A DNA stretch of 64,000 nt. Origin: Gracilinanus agilis. Taxonomy: Eukaryota. A model generated the notes under the pieces. That model did no database searches. It saw nothing but the letters and a program-made list of their open reading frames with translations, and was not told where the DNA came from. Every line of letters starts with the position of its first letter. Position 1 is the stretch's first letter. A program made the translations under genes and the position numbers. The stretch spans positions 706,523,799-706,587,798 of the forward strand of contig NC_058130.1 in the NCBI RefSeq assembly GCF_016433145.1. The letters are read 5' to 3'. Shown here in pieces: positions 1-11,667 of the stretch.

Positions 1-411
1 TCCCCCTTTCTTTCTTTCAAAATCTTTATTACAAGGTATACTTCTTTGGGTAAGGGAGGAAGATATATATATATATTTATTGATATAGATAGATATGGAT
101 CTGGAAGTAAATGTAGGATTTTAATGTGAGATTTAAAAAATTTTTTAAATGTTTTTAAAGGAAGATAGTCAATTTGAAAAATGTTAAGAGTTTGAACTAA
201 GTTGGTAGCTGTGAGTAGATGGAAGGGGACAAATTTAAGAGATGTTATATGGAGGTAGAATTCAGAAGACTTGGCAATTGATTGACTATGAGAGATAAAG
301 GAAGAAATAAAGATAACTAGAAGTATGGTGGTACATTACAGTGGCTAAATCATAAGCTTAGAAGACGACTGTGAGGTCTTGAACTTGGATGCCTTGAAAG
401 AGGGCAATTTC

Positions 412-1116
412 AAAGGGCTTTAAAGGAATGCCTACCTTTGACTCAGCCATACCACTGCTGGGTTTGTACCCTAAAGAGATAATAAGGAAAAAAACTTGTA
501 CAAAAATATTTATAGCCGTGCTCTTTGTGGTAGCAAATAATTGGGAAATGAGGGGGTGTCCATCAATTGAGGAATGGCTCAATAAATTATGTTATCTGTT
601 AGTGATGGAATACTATTGTGCTCAAAGGAATGATGAACTGGAGGAATTCCATGTGAACTGGAACAACCTCCAGGAATTGATGCAGAGTGAAAGGAGCAGA
701 ACCAGGAAAACATTGTACACAGAGACTGATATATTATGGCACAATCTCATGTAATGGACTTTTCTACTAGCAGCAATGCAATGATCCAGAGGAAATTGTG
801 AGAAAGAATGCTGTCTACATCCAGAGAAAGAACTGTGAAAACAGAAATGCATTAGAAAAATATGTGATCAATCACATAATGTGATAGGGATATGATAGGC
901 TTTGATGTTAAAGGATCGCAGCTCTGAAGCTATTAATAACATGGAAATAGGTTTTGAACAATGATGCATGTATAGCCCAGTGGAACTGCTTGTCAGATTT
1001 GGGAGTGGGGAGGAAAGAATGAGGTTGGGGAAATCATGGATCATGTAACCATGAAAAATATTCTAAATAAAAAAATAAAATAAATTTTAATCCCTCCAAA
1101 AAACAACAACAACAAC
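412..1116 (+). mobile_element. 5'-truncated LINE-1 (ORF2 C-terminus, 3'UTR, A-rich tail) with 15-bp TSD
   Basis: ORF 428-754 resembles the L1 ORF2 C-terminus (AIPLLGLYPKE..., CPSIEEWLNKL). A-rich tail ~1067-1116. AAAGAGGGCAATTTC is duplicated at 397-411 and 1117-1131. Confidence 0.93.
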
Positions 1117-1421
1117 AAAGAGGGCAATTTCTTCAATACAGAAAAGACTGGGGAATGGGTAGGTTTAAAGGGAAATGAAGTTTGATTTTAAACCAATTAA
1201 GGGAGATAATATGCTACAGTGGAAAGTGTACTGGATTTGGAGTCAGAGGACCAGTGTTTAAATTCTAGGTTGGCCACTTACTACACACATCTCTTCACTG
1301 GGCCTCACTTTTCCTTATCTAAATAAAACAAGGGTGTAGATAGAAGACTGACAGCCTAATTTCTAGTTTTCTAATATCTCCATCAGTGATTTTAAATTCA
1401 TTAAATGATCTCCCTCAGTTT

Positions 1422-1719
1422 TGTGAAATTAGAATCTGTTGCCCTAAAAACTATGATTCCCAGTAAAACTATGATCCCCAACAAAAACCTACAATTCCCA
1501 GAACCCCACTCACTTCCTGTCATTAGGTACTGACATAGACAGGATAAAAATTGGGTAGAGTTCCCTGTCTAGATTTTTTTTTTTCCTTCCTATCAGGGGC
1601 TTTGGTGGGGCAATTTTTGAGTCAGTAGAAAAACTTAGACACAGTGGATCTGTTTTGTCAGATAATAAACTTTATAAAAAATAATATTAGGGTTATTGGA
1701 CATTAATTTTAATCTTACA
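1422..1719 (+). mobile_element. Short solo LTR (marsupial ERV type)
   Basis: Starts TGTGAAATT and ends TAATTTTAATCTTACA, with AATAAA near the 3' end. The 3' end resembles the element at 22474-22963. TSD imperfect (GTTT/ATTT). Confidence 0.6.
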
Positions 1720-2009
1720 ATTTCCATATTTATGGGGGAAAGTATCTACACCCTAAAAGGGAAGCAAACAATTCATAATGAAACAATGCTTCAGAGATCA
1801 AAATAATATGCTTTAATAAGTTGCTACCTCACATATTTCCAAACAATGTGGAACTTTAAAATTAAAACAATTTTATACTAAAGTCTTAAATTTAGAGGGA
1901 ACCTAAAGACTCTGTTAGAGCTACAATAGGAAACTTGGGACTTTTGTAAAAAGTAAAAAAGTTCTGATTTCTAAATCTATGCTTTGTGACTTAGTTTATT
2001 ATATTGTAG

Positions 2010-2180
2010 TATATTGTTTTATCCTTGTGTCCAACTGCTCAGCCTCATTTGGGGTTTTCTTAGCAAAGATACTGAAGTGGTTTGCCATTTCCTTCTCCAG
2101 CTCATTTTTTTACAGATGAGGAAACTGAAGCAGAGTTAAGTCACTTGCCAGTTAAGTGCCTGAGGATGGATCTGAATACT
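2010..2180 (-). mobile_element. MAR1-like (CORE/RTE-tail) SINE fragment
   Basis: GGGGTTTTCTTAGCAAAGATACTGAAGTGGTTTGCCATTTCCTTCTCCAG is the reverse of the RTE-derived tail, followed by CORE sequence. Confidence 0.7.
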
Positions 2181-2989
2181 AATAATAAGTAATATTTATA
2201 TAGCTCTTTTACAAATGCCTTATTTTATCCTCACAACAATCGTTGGAGATAGGTGCTATTATTATTCCCATTTTACATATGAGAAAACTGAGACTGAGGA
2301 AGGTTAAACCAAGTTGAATAAGTATCTGGGGCTGAATATGATTTCAGATCTTCCTGACTCCAAGTCCAAGGATCTTTCGACAGCACTACCTGTCTAAGGT
2401 AATTAGTTAGGGGCATGAATCACTATTGGGCTATCTGACTGGCCTAAAGGACCCCCTCCCTTCGTGTAGGGGGCTCAGCGGTATGCAGGAAAGAGGCTTG
2501 AGCCCCCAGGAATACAATTTCAGCTAGCTGAAAGCAAGGAAGTGATCGCAGTCAGGAGCAGAGAGAAGAGAGCGCAGTACAGAGACCTTGGCGGCGCCTA
2601 AGCTTGGGGACGGAATCAGGAGTGAGCTAGAGCCAGCTCCTCCTGCCTCAGAAGAGGTGATGGTTTCCATTTTCCACGGGAGCGTTTACGCCTCAGAAAT
2701 TGTCTAACTAAACGAACGAATCCAAGCTCGATTAATCGTTTTTCTCATTGTCTAGATAAGGAAATGATGGGGGAAATGGGATAATACAGATCAAACTTAA
2801 AAGTGAACTTGTACCAAAAAAATTCTTGTTAAACATTTACAAGGGCACCCCTAGAAGGGGTAAGAGGCTGCAGCCTCTGGGACAGGAGAGTGGTCTACTG
2901 GGTTTGGTCCTGACCGAGGCAGGGGCGAATCCCAGCTGAAGACTGCTCTCTTCTTTTGGACTGGCTTCAAAGGGAGGTGCAGGGCTGTT

Positions 2990-3860
2990 GTATAGAATAC
3001 AGAGACCTCCAGTCCTCCTCTCAGCGTAGAGCAGCCCCAGTGTGCCGAGAACGGAACTTCCGGTCTTCTCTGGTTCCACCCCGCCCTCTGAAGCCGAGAG
3101 GCGGAGTTTTAGGGTGGCCGAACGGGCGTGGCCCCGACGTCCTGGAGTCTGACCCGCCCATTTTACACATGGGGAATACTGAGTCCAAGCGAGGCTCAGG
3201 CGCTGGTCCCACGTCACCCCGCGAGCCCCGGGTGGTGTGTGCGTTGGGTCCCCGAACCTGACCTTCGGGCTCCGTGCGTCAGGAACGTCCCAGGCGCAGC
3301 AAGCGAAGGAGCAACCGAGGCATCGAGCGCGCGCTGGGCTATGGCGGCCTTCGGGGTTCGGGTGGAGCCGCCTCCCCTATCTCAGCCTCTGCAGCCTCCG
3401 CCACCGCCTCCTCCCCAACCTCTGCAGCCGTCTCTCCAGCCTGTACAGCCGCAGCCGTGGGCGGCGTCGGGCCCCCGCTTCCGCTGGTACCGCTACCAGG
3501 AGGCGGCCGGGCCGCGGCAGGCGCTGAGGAGGCTCCGGGAGCTGTGTCGCCAGTGGCTGCGGCCCGAGCGGCACAGCAAGGAGCAGATCCTGGAGCTGTT
3601 GGTGCTCGAGCAGTTCCTCACCATCCTGCCGGCCGACGTACAGGCCTGGGTGCGGGGCCGCAGCCCGCGCTCCGGAGACGAGGCGGCCGCGGGCGTAGAG
3701 CTGCTGCTGCGGCTGCGGCTGCAGCAGGAGCAGGGGGCCGAGCCGCAGGTCAGCGCCCCGACGGGACGGGCTGAGGGAAGGGGGAGGGGCGGCGCGGGGA
3801 GCAGGGAGGGAGGTGAAAATGTCTGCACGCCCCCGCCCCCAGCGGGGGACCCCCTTCTTG
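2990..3860 (+). promoter_or_regulatory. CpG island / promoter of the SCAN-ZF gene
   Basis: Dense CpG in an otherwise CpG-poor window. ETS/GABP-type ACTTCCGGT at 3056-3064 and GC boxes (CCGCCC). The island spans the SCAN exon. Confidence 0.85.
3341..3748 (+). CDS. SCAN-zinc-finger gene (ZSCAN family), coding exon 1: P/Q-rich N-terminus plus SCAN domain
   Basis: ATG in strong Kozak context (GCTATGG). SCAN motif [47 protein letters not shown]. 136 codons ending CAG|GTCAGC (phase 0). Confidence 0.92.
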
Positions 3861-5724
3861 TCACCACCACGACTGCCTCCTTGTTGGGACCCTTTACAGT
3901 AATTCCAAGAGCCAGCACTAATGTCTTTTATTATATTATACACTTGGTATATGCCCTATCTTACATAACATCATTATATATGTCATATCTTAAACATTAT
4001 GTCACATCTATCATCATACGATATGACCTCATTATATCAGTTCTATTCTATCATATGACATTATACATTCTATCATATAGCGGACCTTACACTATGAGGA
4101 AGCTTGGATAGTGGATAGAATGATGGACTGGAGTTCAAATCCAGCCTACAGATACTTGCTAGCTAGTCACTTAACCTCTATCTGCCTCATTTTCTTCAGA
4201 TGTCAGAAAAGAGTAGCACTTACCTCTCAGGATTATTGTAAGAATAAAAGGAGGCTAAAATATGTCAGGTGCCTAGTACATACATTTTATGGGCGCAGAA
4301 ACTGAGGCAGTCAGGGACTTGTATGGGATTACCCAGTTAATAAGTGTCTGAGACAGGATTTGAACTCTGCTCTTCTCATTACCCCTGACCACCTCCCAGC
4401 CACCCTATGTGACTATGGATAGAGAGCTGGCCTTGAGTCAAGCCCAGTTCTGTCCCATCTCCTACTGTGCAGCCTTGGGCAAGTCAGTTAAAATGCTTCC
4501 TGGGGAGCCTCTAAGCCTACAAATTGTAGAAAAGGTGTCAGTCCCTATTGGTGGAGCTTCCCCACTTTGATGAAATCTTCTTAAGAAAACAAACAATACA
4601 CTACCATAAATGCTTTAGAGAAGTATAAACTAGACACTATGAGATCTGTGTGAAAAGCTCATTCCTAACTGGGGAGGATCCCGGAAGGCTTCATTGAGAA
4701 ACTTGAAGGTCGGGTTGGATTTGGAAGGGAGGGAGCATTCCAAGCTGGGCTGGCCTGCCTGAGAAAAAGTATGGAATGGAGAATCAATCTTAAAGCATTT
4801 ATTAAGGGCCTACCATGTGCAAAGAAACAAAATGTTACAATCCTTGCCCTGGAGTCTGTGATAGGGACAAGAGATAAACAAAGTCTGACCATGTTTATAG
4901 GAATCTGTAGTTAACCAGGAGAGAGCTGGAGGCTGAAGATTAGAGGAAGGGGAGAATAATTGTGCTTACTGGGAGGGAACAGAATCAAGGAGATCATCAA
5001 GGGGTTGGTCTTGGCAAAAGAAGAGCAGATGTGTTTTGGAGACCAGAGAGTAGTCTTGTTTGCCAGAAATGGAGGATTCATGGAACAGTGGGTGATGATG
5101 GAAAGAGCACTGGGCGTACAGTGGAGGTAACCAAATGCTGGCTCTGCTACTCACTAATTATGTGATTTTGAGTGAGTTTTCAACTAGATGACTTCTTAGG
5201 TTTCTTCCAGTGTCGATCATCTATGACCATGACCAACTCTGTGAAGCTAAGGTTTGGTGTCAGCCATATTGTAGAGATCTTTAAATGCCAGGGAGTTTTG
5301 AAGGGTCCTGTAAATGGACTCTGGTTTTAACAGTAGGTTCTCACTATGTGGGTCTACCCATTTGTATCCATATGAGAACAGGTGCTGTTTCAATCAGAAC
5401 AAATCACCACAGAAATTGGAGCCCTGCATTTAGTTCAGCAGATGTTTTCCCATTCCTAAGACAGATCTCTTTCGCCTGTGGACAGGTGCACAGGCTGCTC
5501 ATTTGAGCTGGAGTTTTCCTGGGTGGGGGTGGGTAAACTGGCTGCCCTTTCCCCACTTAGCTATAGTCTCCAAACCACTGCCTTTCAGGATTCAAAAATC
5601 CTTAAAACAGACTTTTCTCTTTGAGTTCTGGGCATACTGCTAATTGTTCTTCTGCATTTCTCCAACTGAAACAATCTCAAGAACTGACCATTTCTCCTTT
5701 TTTTTCCTCCAAGCAAAGTAGATC

Positions 5725-5725
<1 letters not shown>

Positions 5726-5760
<35 letters not shown>
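5726..5760. repeat. (TC)n microsatellite
   Basis: Direct reading of the sequence. Confidence 0.95.
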
Positions 5761-5765
<5 letters not shown>

Positions 5766-6479
5766 CGCTCTCTTGCTCTCCCTTTCCTGCAACACACATT
5801 TCTATTCTCTTTTTGTCACATCTAACACATTATGAGCAATTGGACTGCAGAATGATTTTCCTATTTGGACTTGGCTTTCTGGTTTGCTCTTCAGACTGTG
5901 TGTAGCTGTACCTGAATCTTTTAGCTGTTGCTAGAAGCATATGAAATGGTGAGTAACCCTGTAAAATTATCACAGAAAGACAACTGTCCTAGCCAAAGCA
6001 TTTCTGAGTGTTTTGCCTCAGTGTACTGCTCAGTCTGTACCCAGAAAGTGTGAGAAGCTTTCAGGACCTTCTATGAATGATTTCTTTACACTGAAATATT
6101 TCCAATTTCCCTTTGAAAAGTGATACATTTCCTGAACTGAGGCTCCCTTAAGAGATTCTAAACTCCACTGTGGAATTTCTAGGGATTTGAGAATGATATA
6201 GAGGCCAGTCTTATAGATTCTAACACCATCTCATCCAACCCCAAAATCCTTTCTGCATCTTCTCCAACAAGTGGTCCTGCATCTCTCTTCCCAAAATTTC
6301 TCCTTCCCTTCAGTCTTCTCCTGACTCAGCGTCCTACAGAATCTCATTGTGACCTTTGTGGTCACTCAATCCAGGAATCCCTTCTGCAATATCTCCAACA
6401 AGTACTTATCCTGCCCTACTAGAAGACTTAGAATGAAGGAAACCTGCTTCCTTCTGAAGTTTTACTTCCTAAATCTGAT

Positions 6480-7560
6480 CTCTGATGCTTCATGTCCATT
6501 TTTGAGTATGGGTCACAGTTTCCATAGTGTGCATGTTTTCTTAAAACACATCTTGTATGCACCTTAAAAATCTGTTCTGGATTTTGCCTGGAGGACTTAT
6601 AATCTGCAAACTAAACCAAGAAGAAACTGAATCCCTAAGGGAAAAATCCAAAAGGCAATCCAAATATCTCTTTAAAGAATTTGAGAAGTAGAACAACTTT
6701 TGCCTTTGGAAATAACATGTACATAATTCTGGAATGGTACTTGACAACAGAGAAGATACAAGAAATTTTTGACACTGCTATCAAACATGGCAGGGCCAGA
6801 TGATTTAAGTTCTATCTAGACTCTGTGACTTGAATCCCTTTACCACCACAGGTAGAAGTGGAAACTACTAGGGCAGTGATGGGCAAATTATGGCCCCCTG
6901 AAATGTTCTTTTCAGCTGGTGACATTATTCCTAATCTGACGAATACAATGAGTAGGATACAAGTACAATGAAACTTTGAAAGAGTTGCCTTAGAAACAGA
7001 CTGACAGATGAGCATTTCCTTTCCTTTGGCCCCCTCTTTAAAAAGTTTGCCCATCACTGTACTAGGGGATTTGGAAGGGACCATCACCAAATAGATTGAG
7101 AACAATCCATCTATCTAGATCTTAAACTCAGTAGATGTTAGTAGTAAGTGTCAAGAGAATGTATGTCAGACATATTTTAATAAAATCTCAGCCCTATGCC
7201 TATCATTTTCATTGTTTTAATTACATAGATGTTTTACACTTTTCCAGTATCTTACCATAGTAATCAATATTGCCATGCAGATATACAAGTAGATACTTGA
7301 AAATTTTAAAGGTCCATTTCATCAGCATTCTCAGGGCCAAGTGAAAATGTTGGAGCCTAAAATTTGAGTGCTGGCCTTGAAGCTGTCATACTTACACAAA
7401 TCTACTTGAACTTGGGTACATCAAAGTTAGTGTTTTCCCTTTGAATCATCTGCTAGAGGCTTTAAAATTCTTTGGAGGTCATCTGTATACTGATTTCAAA
7501 CAAGGCTTGTAACACCAGCAAGACAAGAAAAAATTTTTTAATGTCATCACAAGGTCTGCC
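6480..7560 (-). mobile_element. Possible highly decayed hAT (Charlie/GTF2IRD2-like) transposase remnant, interrupted by a MITE
   Basis: Minus-strand fragments (KFKxICVSMT, RHRAEILLK, HLLL, RQKLFYFSNSLKRYL, KIQNRF) appear in the order expected for hAT transposase segments. Many stops and frameshifts; weak similarity. Confidence 0.35.
6874..7059. mobile_element. hAT non-autonomous element (MITE) with perfect 8-bp TSD
   Basis: TIRs CAGTGATGGGCAAA / TTTGCCCATCACTG. TSD TACTAGGG at 6866-6873 and 7060-7067. The interior keeps a KSCLRNRLTDEH-like piece of the hAT dimerisation domain. Confidence 0.93.
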
Positions 7561-8028
7561 AAATCCATGGACCCAGAACTATTTGTAATCTATGCCAAGA
7601 AAATGAGAAAAAGGCTGGTAAAGATTGCTCAGAGTAGATAGGAACGAAATTCATTCGACTACTCCTAGAGTGGATTTTTTCAAATCAAATTAAATGCAAC
7701 AATCGCCCGTTATTATATAGGATGTGTTTGGACATATTTGAATGTGTGTTTGAATATATATGTGTAGGCACATATATGTGTATATTACATATATACACAG
7801 ATGTAATTGAACCCATAAAACCCCATTTCCCCCTTACACAGAGTACTGTGGCCCAAGGACAGTGTTACGTATACATATAAGTATGTACTGTATGTATATA
7901 CATTTGTGTGTGTGTTGTGTGTGTGTGTGTATGTGTACACAGACATTGGAGTAATTTCCTAATTAGGTCCTGGAGATCTTAGCTCTGATGGATGGAAGGG
8001 AGTTTCAGCTGCCAGCAATTAATGATAA

Positions 8029-8203
8029 GGGCCAGCTGGATAGCTCAGTGGCTAGAGTACCAGGCCTGGAGATGGAAGATCCTGGGTTCAAATCTGACCT
8101 CAAACACTTCCTTAGAGTTGATAATTATCATTGCAAGGCACCAGGTCTGGATACTTAGTATGGACACTAAGACAGAACAGAAGAGTTAAAAAAAAAAAAA
8201 AAG
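8029..8203 (+). mobile_element. tRNA-derived SINE with poly(A) tail and 12-bp TSD
   Basis: GGGCCAGCTGGATAGCTCAGTGG head with B-box-like GGGTTCAAATC and an A tail. AATTAATGATAA at 8017-8028 and 8204-8215. The 3' body differs from the other SINE1-type copies here. Confidence 0.9.
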
Positions 8204-8219
8204 AATTAATGATAAAATA

Positions 8220-8458
8220 TGGGGGTAGCCAGGTGGTACAGTGGAGAGAGTGCCAGGCTTGGTGCCAGGATGAATCATCTAATTGAGTCTACAGCTGGCT
8301 TCAGACACTGTGCAACCCTGGCCAAGTCACTTACCCTCATTTGCCTTCATTTCCTCATCTGTAAAATGGGCTGGAGAAGGAAATGGAAAACCACTTCAGT
8401 ATCTTTGCCAAGAAAGCCCCAAATGGGGTCACAAAGAGTCAGACATGACTGAAAACAA
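8220..8458 (+). mobile_element. MAR1-like SINE (tRNA head, CORE, RTE tail)
   Basis: Ends GGAGAAGGAAATGGAAAACCACTTCAGTATCTTTGCCAAGAAAGCCCC...GAGTCAGACATGACTGAAAACAA. Confidence 0.85.
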
Positions 8459-8555
8459 TAGCAAAGAATTATAGAGTTAATTTTCTAAAACTAAAGTTTG
8501 ACAACCTTTTGTTAACTTTAGAATTCATAAGTTAGCACTCCTGTACTAGCTGGTT

Positions 8556-8760
8556 CTTTTATTTGTTTGTTTGTTTGTTTTTTAAACCCTTACCTTCCAA
8601 GTATTAGCTCCAAGGCAGAAGAGTGATAAGGCCTAGGCAATGGGGATCAAGTGACTTGCCCAGGGTCACACAGCTAGGAAGTGTCTGAGGCCAGATTTGA
8701 ACCTAGGACCTCCCATCTCTAGGCCTGATGCTCAATCCACTGAGCTACCCAGCTGCCCCC
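8556..8760 (-). mobile_element. SINE1_Mdo-like SINE
   Basis: Reverse of GGGGCAGCTGGGTAGCTCAGTGGATTGAG...AAGGTAAGGGTTTAAA, plus a T-rich tail. Confidence 0.9.
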
Positions 8761-11492
8761 TTGTTTTTTTTTTGTGTGTGTGTTTGTTTGTTTGTTTGTT
8801 TTTTAATTTTCAATTGTCTAGACCTGTATGAAATATTTCAAGCTACCAACACTCACATACTGTATGTTGTTTTATTTAAACAGAAATGTGTAATTTTAAA
8901 GATTACATGTATGACCATGCAGGAATACATTATAAAGATGCAAACCATAATGCTTAAGAGACTATTAAATAAAACTCTGTGGTTGAAATCCTTCTAACCT
9001 TTGCATAGTACAGTTAGTTCCACAGCCCAGGAAGGTTACCTTGGTCAATGTCAGCATATTAAATCTGGCTCTTATTTTACTTCTTTGGAGATCAGGAGCC
9101 AAGTCTTGTTTTAACTGTCCCTCAGGCTTGGAATGCATTCTTTCTTCCTCTTCATTTCTCAAAATAGCTCTTTTGGGAGCTCTGCTCCAGTGCCACCTCC
9201 TACATGAAGTCTTTCTTGATCTTTCTTCCCACTTGCCCCACCCCATCACCTTGTAGATATTTTGTCTACCTCTAGATACTTATGTGTAGATAGTATCCCC
9301 TGATAAATCCTCAAGGGCAAGGACTTTTCCCCTTTTATCATTGTGTTCCTACTATCCAATATACTGTCTAGCACATGTTAGAGCCTAATCAATACTTGTG
9401 AATTTCTTAATAACTTCAGGATAAGTAAAACCACCCACATAGACTACAGCTTTTCTGTAATAGTAGAGCTGGGAATGTAGGATTTATCTTTTGAAGTGTG
9501 TGCTTCTTATCTCCCCAGTGAATTTATACATTTCTTAAGGGCAAAGACTGTCTTCAGTGTACTCTGGCATCTAGTACAGGGCTACACACTGAGGAAGTAC
9601 TCAGGGAAGACAGGAAATCATAGAAACCTTGTTTGGTAGAGATATTAGAGAGCATCTAGTCCAGCTCCCTCCTTTTACAGGTAAGAGAAACTGAGGCCTG
9701 TAGAAGGTTACACAGTTTGATTCATTTTGTGCATTTGTTCAGAGCAGAACACCATTCTAGATTCTTGGAGTAAAAAGTCTGAAGAGATTGTGAGATACAA
9801 AGTTTAGATAGGCTCCTAGTCTAGTAGGAAGATAAGCTATAAACTCAGAGGGTTCTAATATGCAAAAATTCATGATAAATTTCAGAATTACAAAGCACAG
9901 TGTGATATTACTTCTTGGTTGTTACCAACAGATTACAAATAAACCTCTGGACAAAGTGGCATTTGAGTTGAGTTTTAAAGGTTGGTGGATTTTGAGCTGG
10001 AAGGACCCTCCTATGTCATCATTTTCAGGCAAGGAAACCAGCACAAGGAGTCGGATGGATTCCCCAACACTGTAGAGCTAGTTGTCAACTAAGAAGGGGT
10101 TGAACCAGTATTTGAACCTACATTGTTGGACTCCAAATCCATACTTTCTACTATACCACATATGTATCTCAGGAAAGCGATAGGATGAGGAAGTGGGAAG
10201 GAGGATCTTCCTGGCATAAGGACCAGGGTAAAAAGGCATAGGAGCAAGAGTACAGAAAGTTTTTGGTAGGGGAAGTAGTATATTAAATATTCCTATTCTG
10301 AGATTTGTCCTCAACATAGAATGGTGCCTAGAAGCAAGCTTCTGACTCCCTACACCTCTCTCTTGCCTCTATACCATATGATTTCTGCCTACTACTTTAG
10401 AAAGAAAACTGGATTTGGAATAATAAAACTGAGCTTGAATCCTTGAATGCCTATGACTTTGGGCAAGCTGACTCTTTGTCTCCAAAATTCTACTTCCTCA
10501 TAAAAAGGGGTTAAAACAAGAGTATCTCTAGTGCCTTCCAACGCTGAGGTTCTGTGACAAATTATTGATATTTAGGTTGTTTCCAACAAATCAGAAGCTG
10601 TCTTGTCTCATGAGCTTAGGGACTTCTTGCCCTGAGAAGTGGTAAAAATATGAATGCTGATAGAAAGGTTGAGGCAAATTCCTACAGATCAGCTCTCATG
10701 GATCTGTTTACCCTTTCTTATAAAACAAATGCAATATAGCCATCTCTGCCAACAAAAGCTCTTTCAAAGCAGGAATGATATAAGGCAGGGGTCAGTTTTA
10801 ATTAGGGCCAGGCAGATTTAATAGGAATGTAGTTTTTCTTCAAAATGTTGTAGGGTAAATTGTAAGAAAGTTTAAAATGCCATTTATATTAATGCTATAG
10901 TTGTTCACCTGAATCTCTGGTGGTTGGAATTCCTTCTAGTCTCTCTGGAGTACAGTGAACTTATTCTGCCATTTCCATGGGGCAGTAGATTTGATAGTAG
11001 ATAGAGCAGTAGATTTGAAGTCAGAAAGACTTGAATTCAAATTCTACCTCAAGACACTATCTATAATTTTCTGGACAAGTCACATAACCTAGACCTTGTT
11101 TTCCTTCTTTATAAAATCAGGAGATTGAACTCAGTGTCTGGAGTCCCTTCTAATTCTGAATCAATGATCTGTGCCTATTCCATGTACCTTATCTGTTAAT
11201 AGCTCAGTTCCATTGCCTGCAGTCCTACACCCCTGAATGCTTCACAAGCCCTGCTGGGCCTCCTCAGAAGCCTTCATGCCTCACTAGTATTTGTTGTCTT
11301 TTGTACATGCCTGCCCCTTTCTCTAGGGAGCAGATCTAGAGGCAAAAGCTCTAGGCATAGACTTGGCTCCAAGTTCCCTGAGAATTGGAAACCACCCTGA
11401 ACCCAGGGGATGGTTTCTATCACTGCTAAGAGGGGGCTTCCTCTTTTCTCACAGATCCATTCTCATCTGCCATATTCCTAATTGCTCCCCAG

Positions 11493-11667
11493 GTTCCAAG
11501 CTTTGCCCAGCAAGCAGAAGTGCTGTCAGAAGAGAAAGTGACAGAAATGACACTCTTGGGAGCAGTACCAGAGTCATCTTCTTTGCCTTCGATCAGTGAT
11601 TCTTCAAGAACAAAGCCTGAATCTCTTCATCATGGAACCCTGGTGTCCCTCCAGGATCCCCAACAAG
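11493..11667 (+). CDS. SCAN-ZF gene coding exon 2 (linker, VPSFAQQAEVLSEEKV...QDPQQ)
   Basis: Acceptor TTGCTCCCCAG|GTT and donor AAG|GTATTC. 175 nt, open frame, phase 0 to 1. Resembles the post-SCAN exon of ZSCAN/ZKSCAN genes and joins exons 1 and 3 in frame. Confidence 0.82.

Noticed and set aside
2880-2945. tRNA-like stretch (GAGTGGTCTA...GGGGCGAATCCCAGC)
   Set aside because: No cloverleaf and a broken B box; a decayed tRNA-derived SINE at best. No intact tRNA gene was seen in the window.
3128-4111. 327-aa ORF as annotated, plus overlapping ORFs 3274-3774, 3377-3943 and 3493-3918
   Set aside because: The real start is ATG 3341 and the frame leaves at donor 3748; the rest is intron read-through. 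The overlapping ORFs are stop-poor GC-rich shadows.
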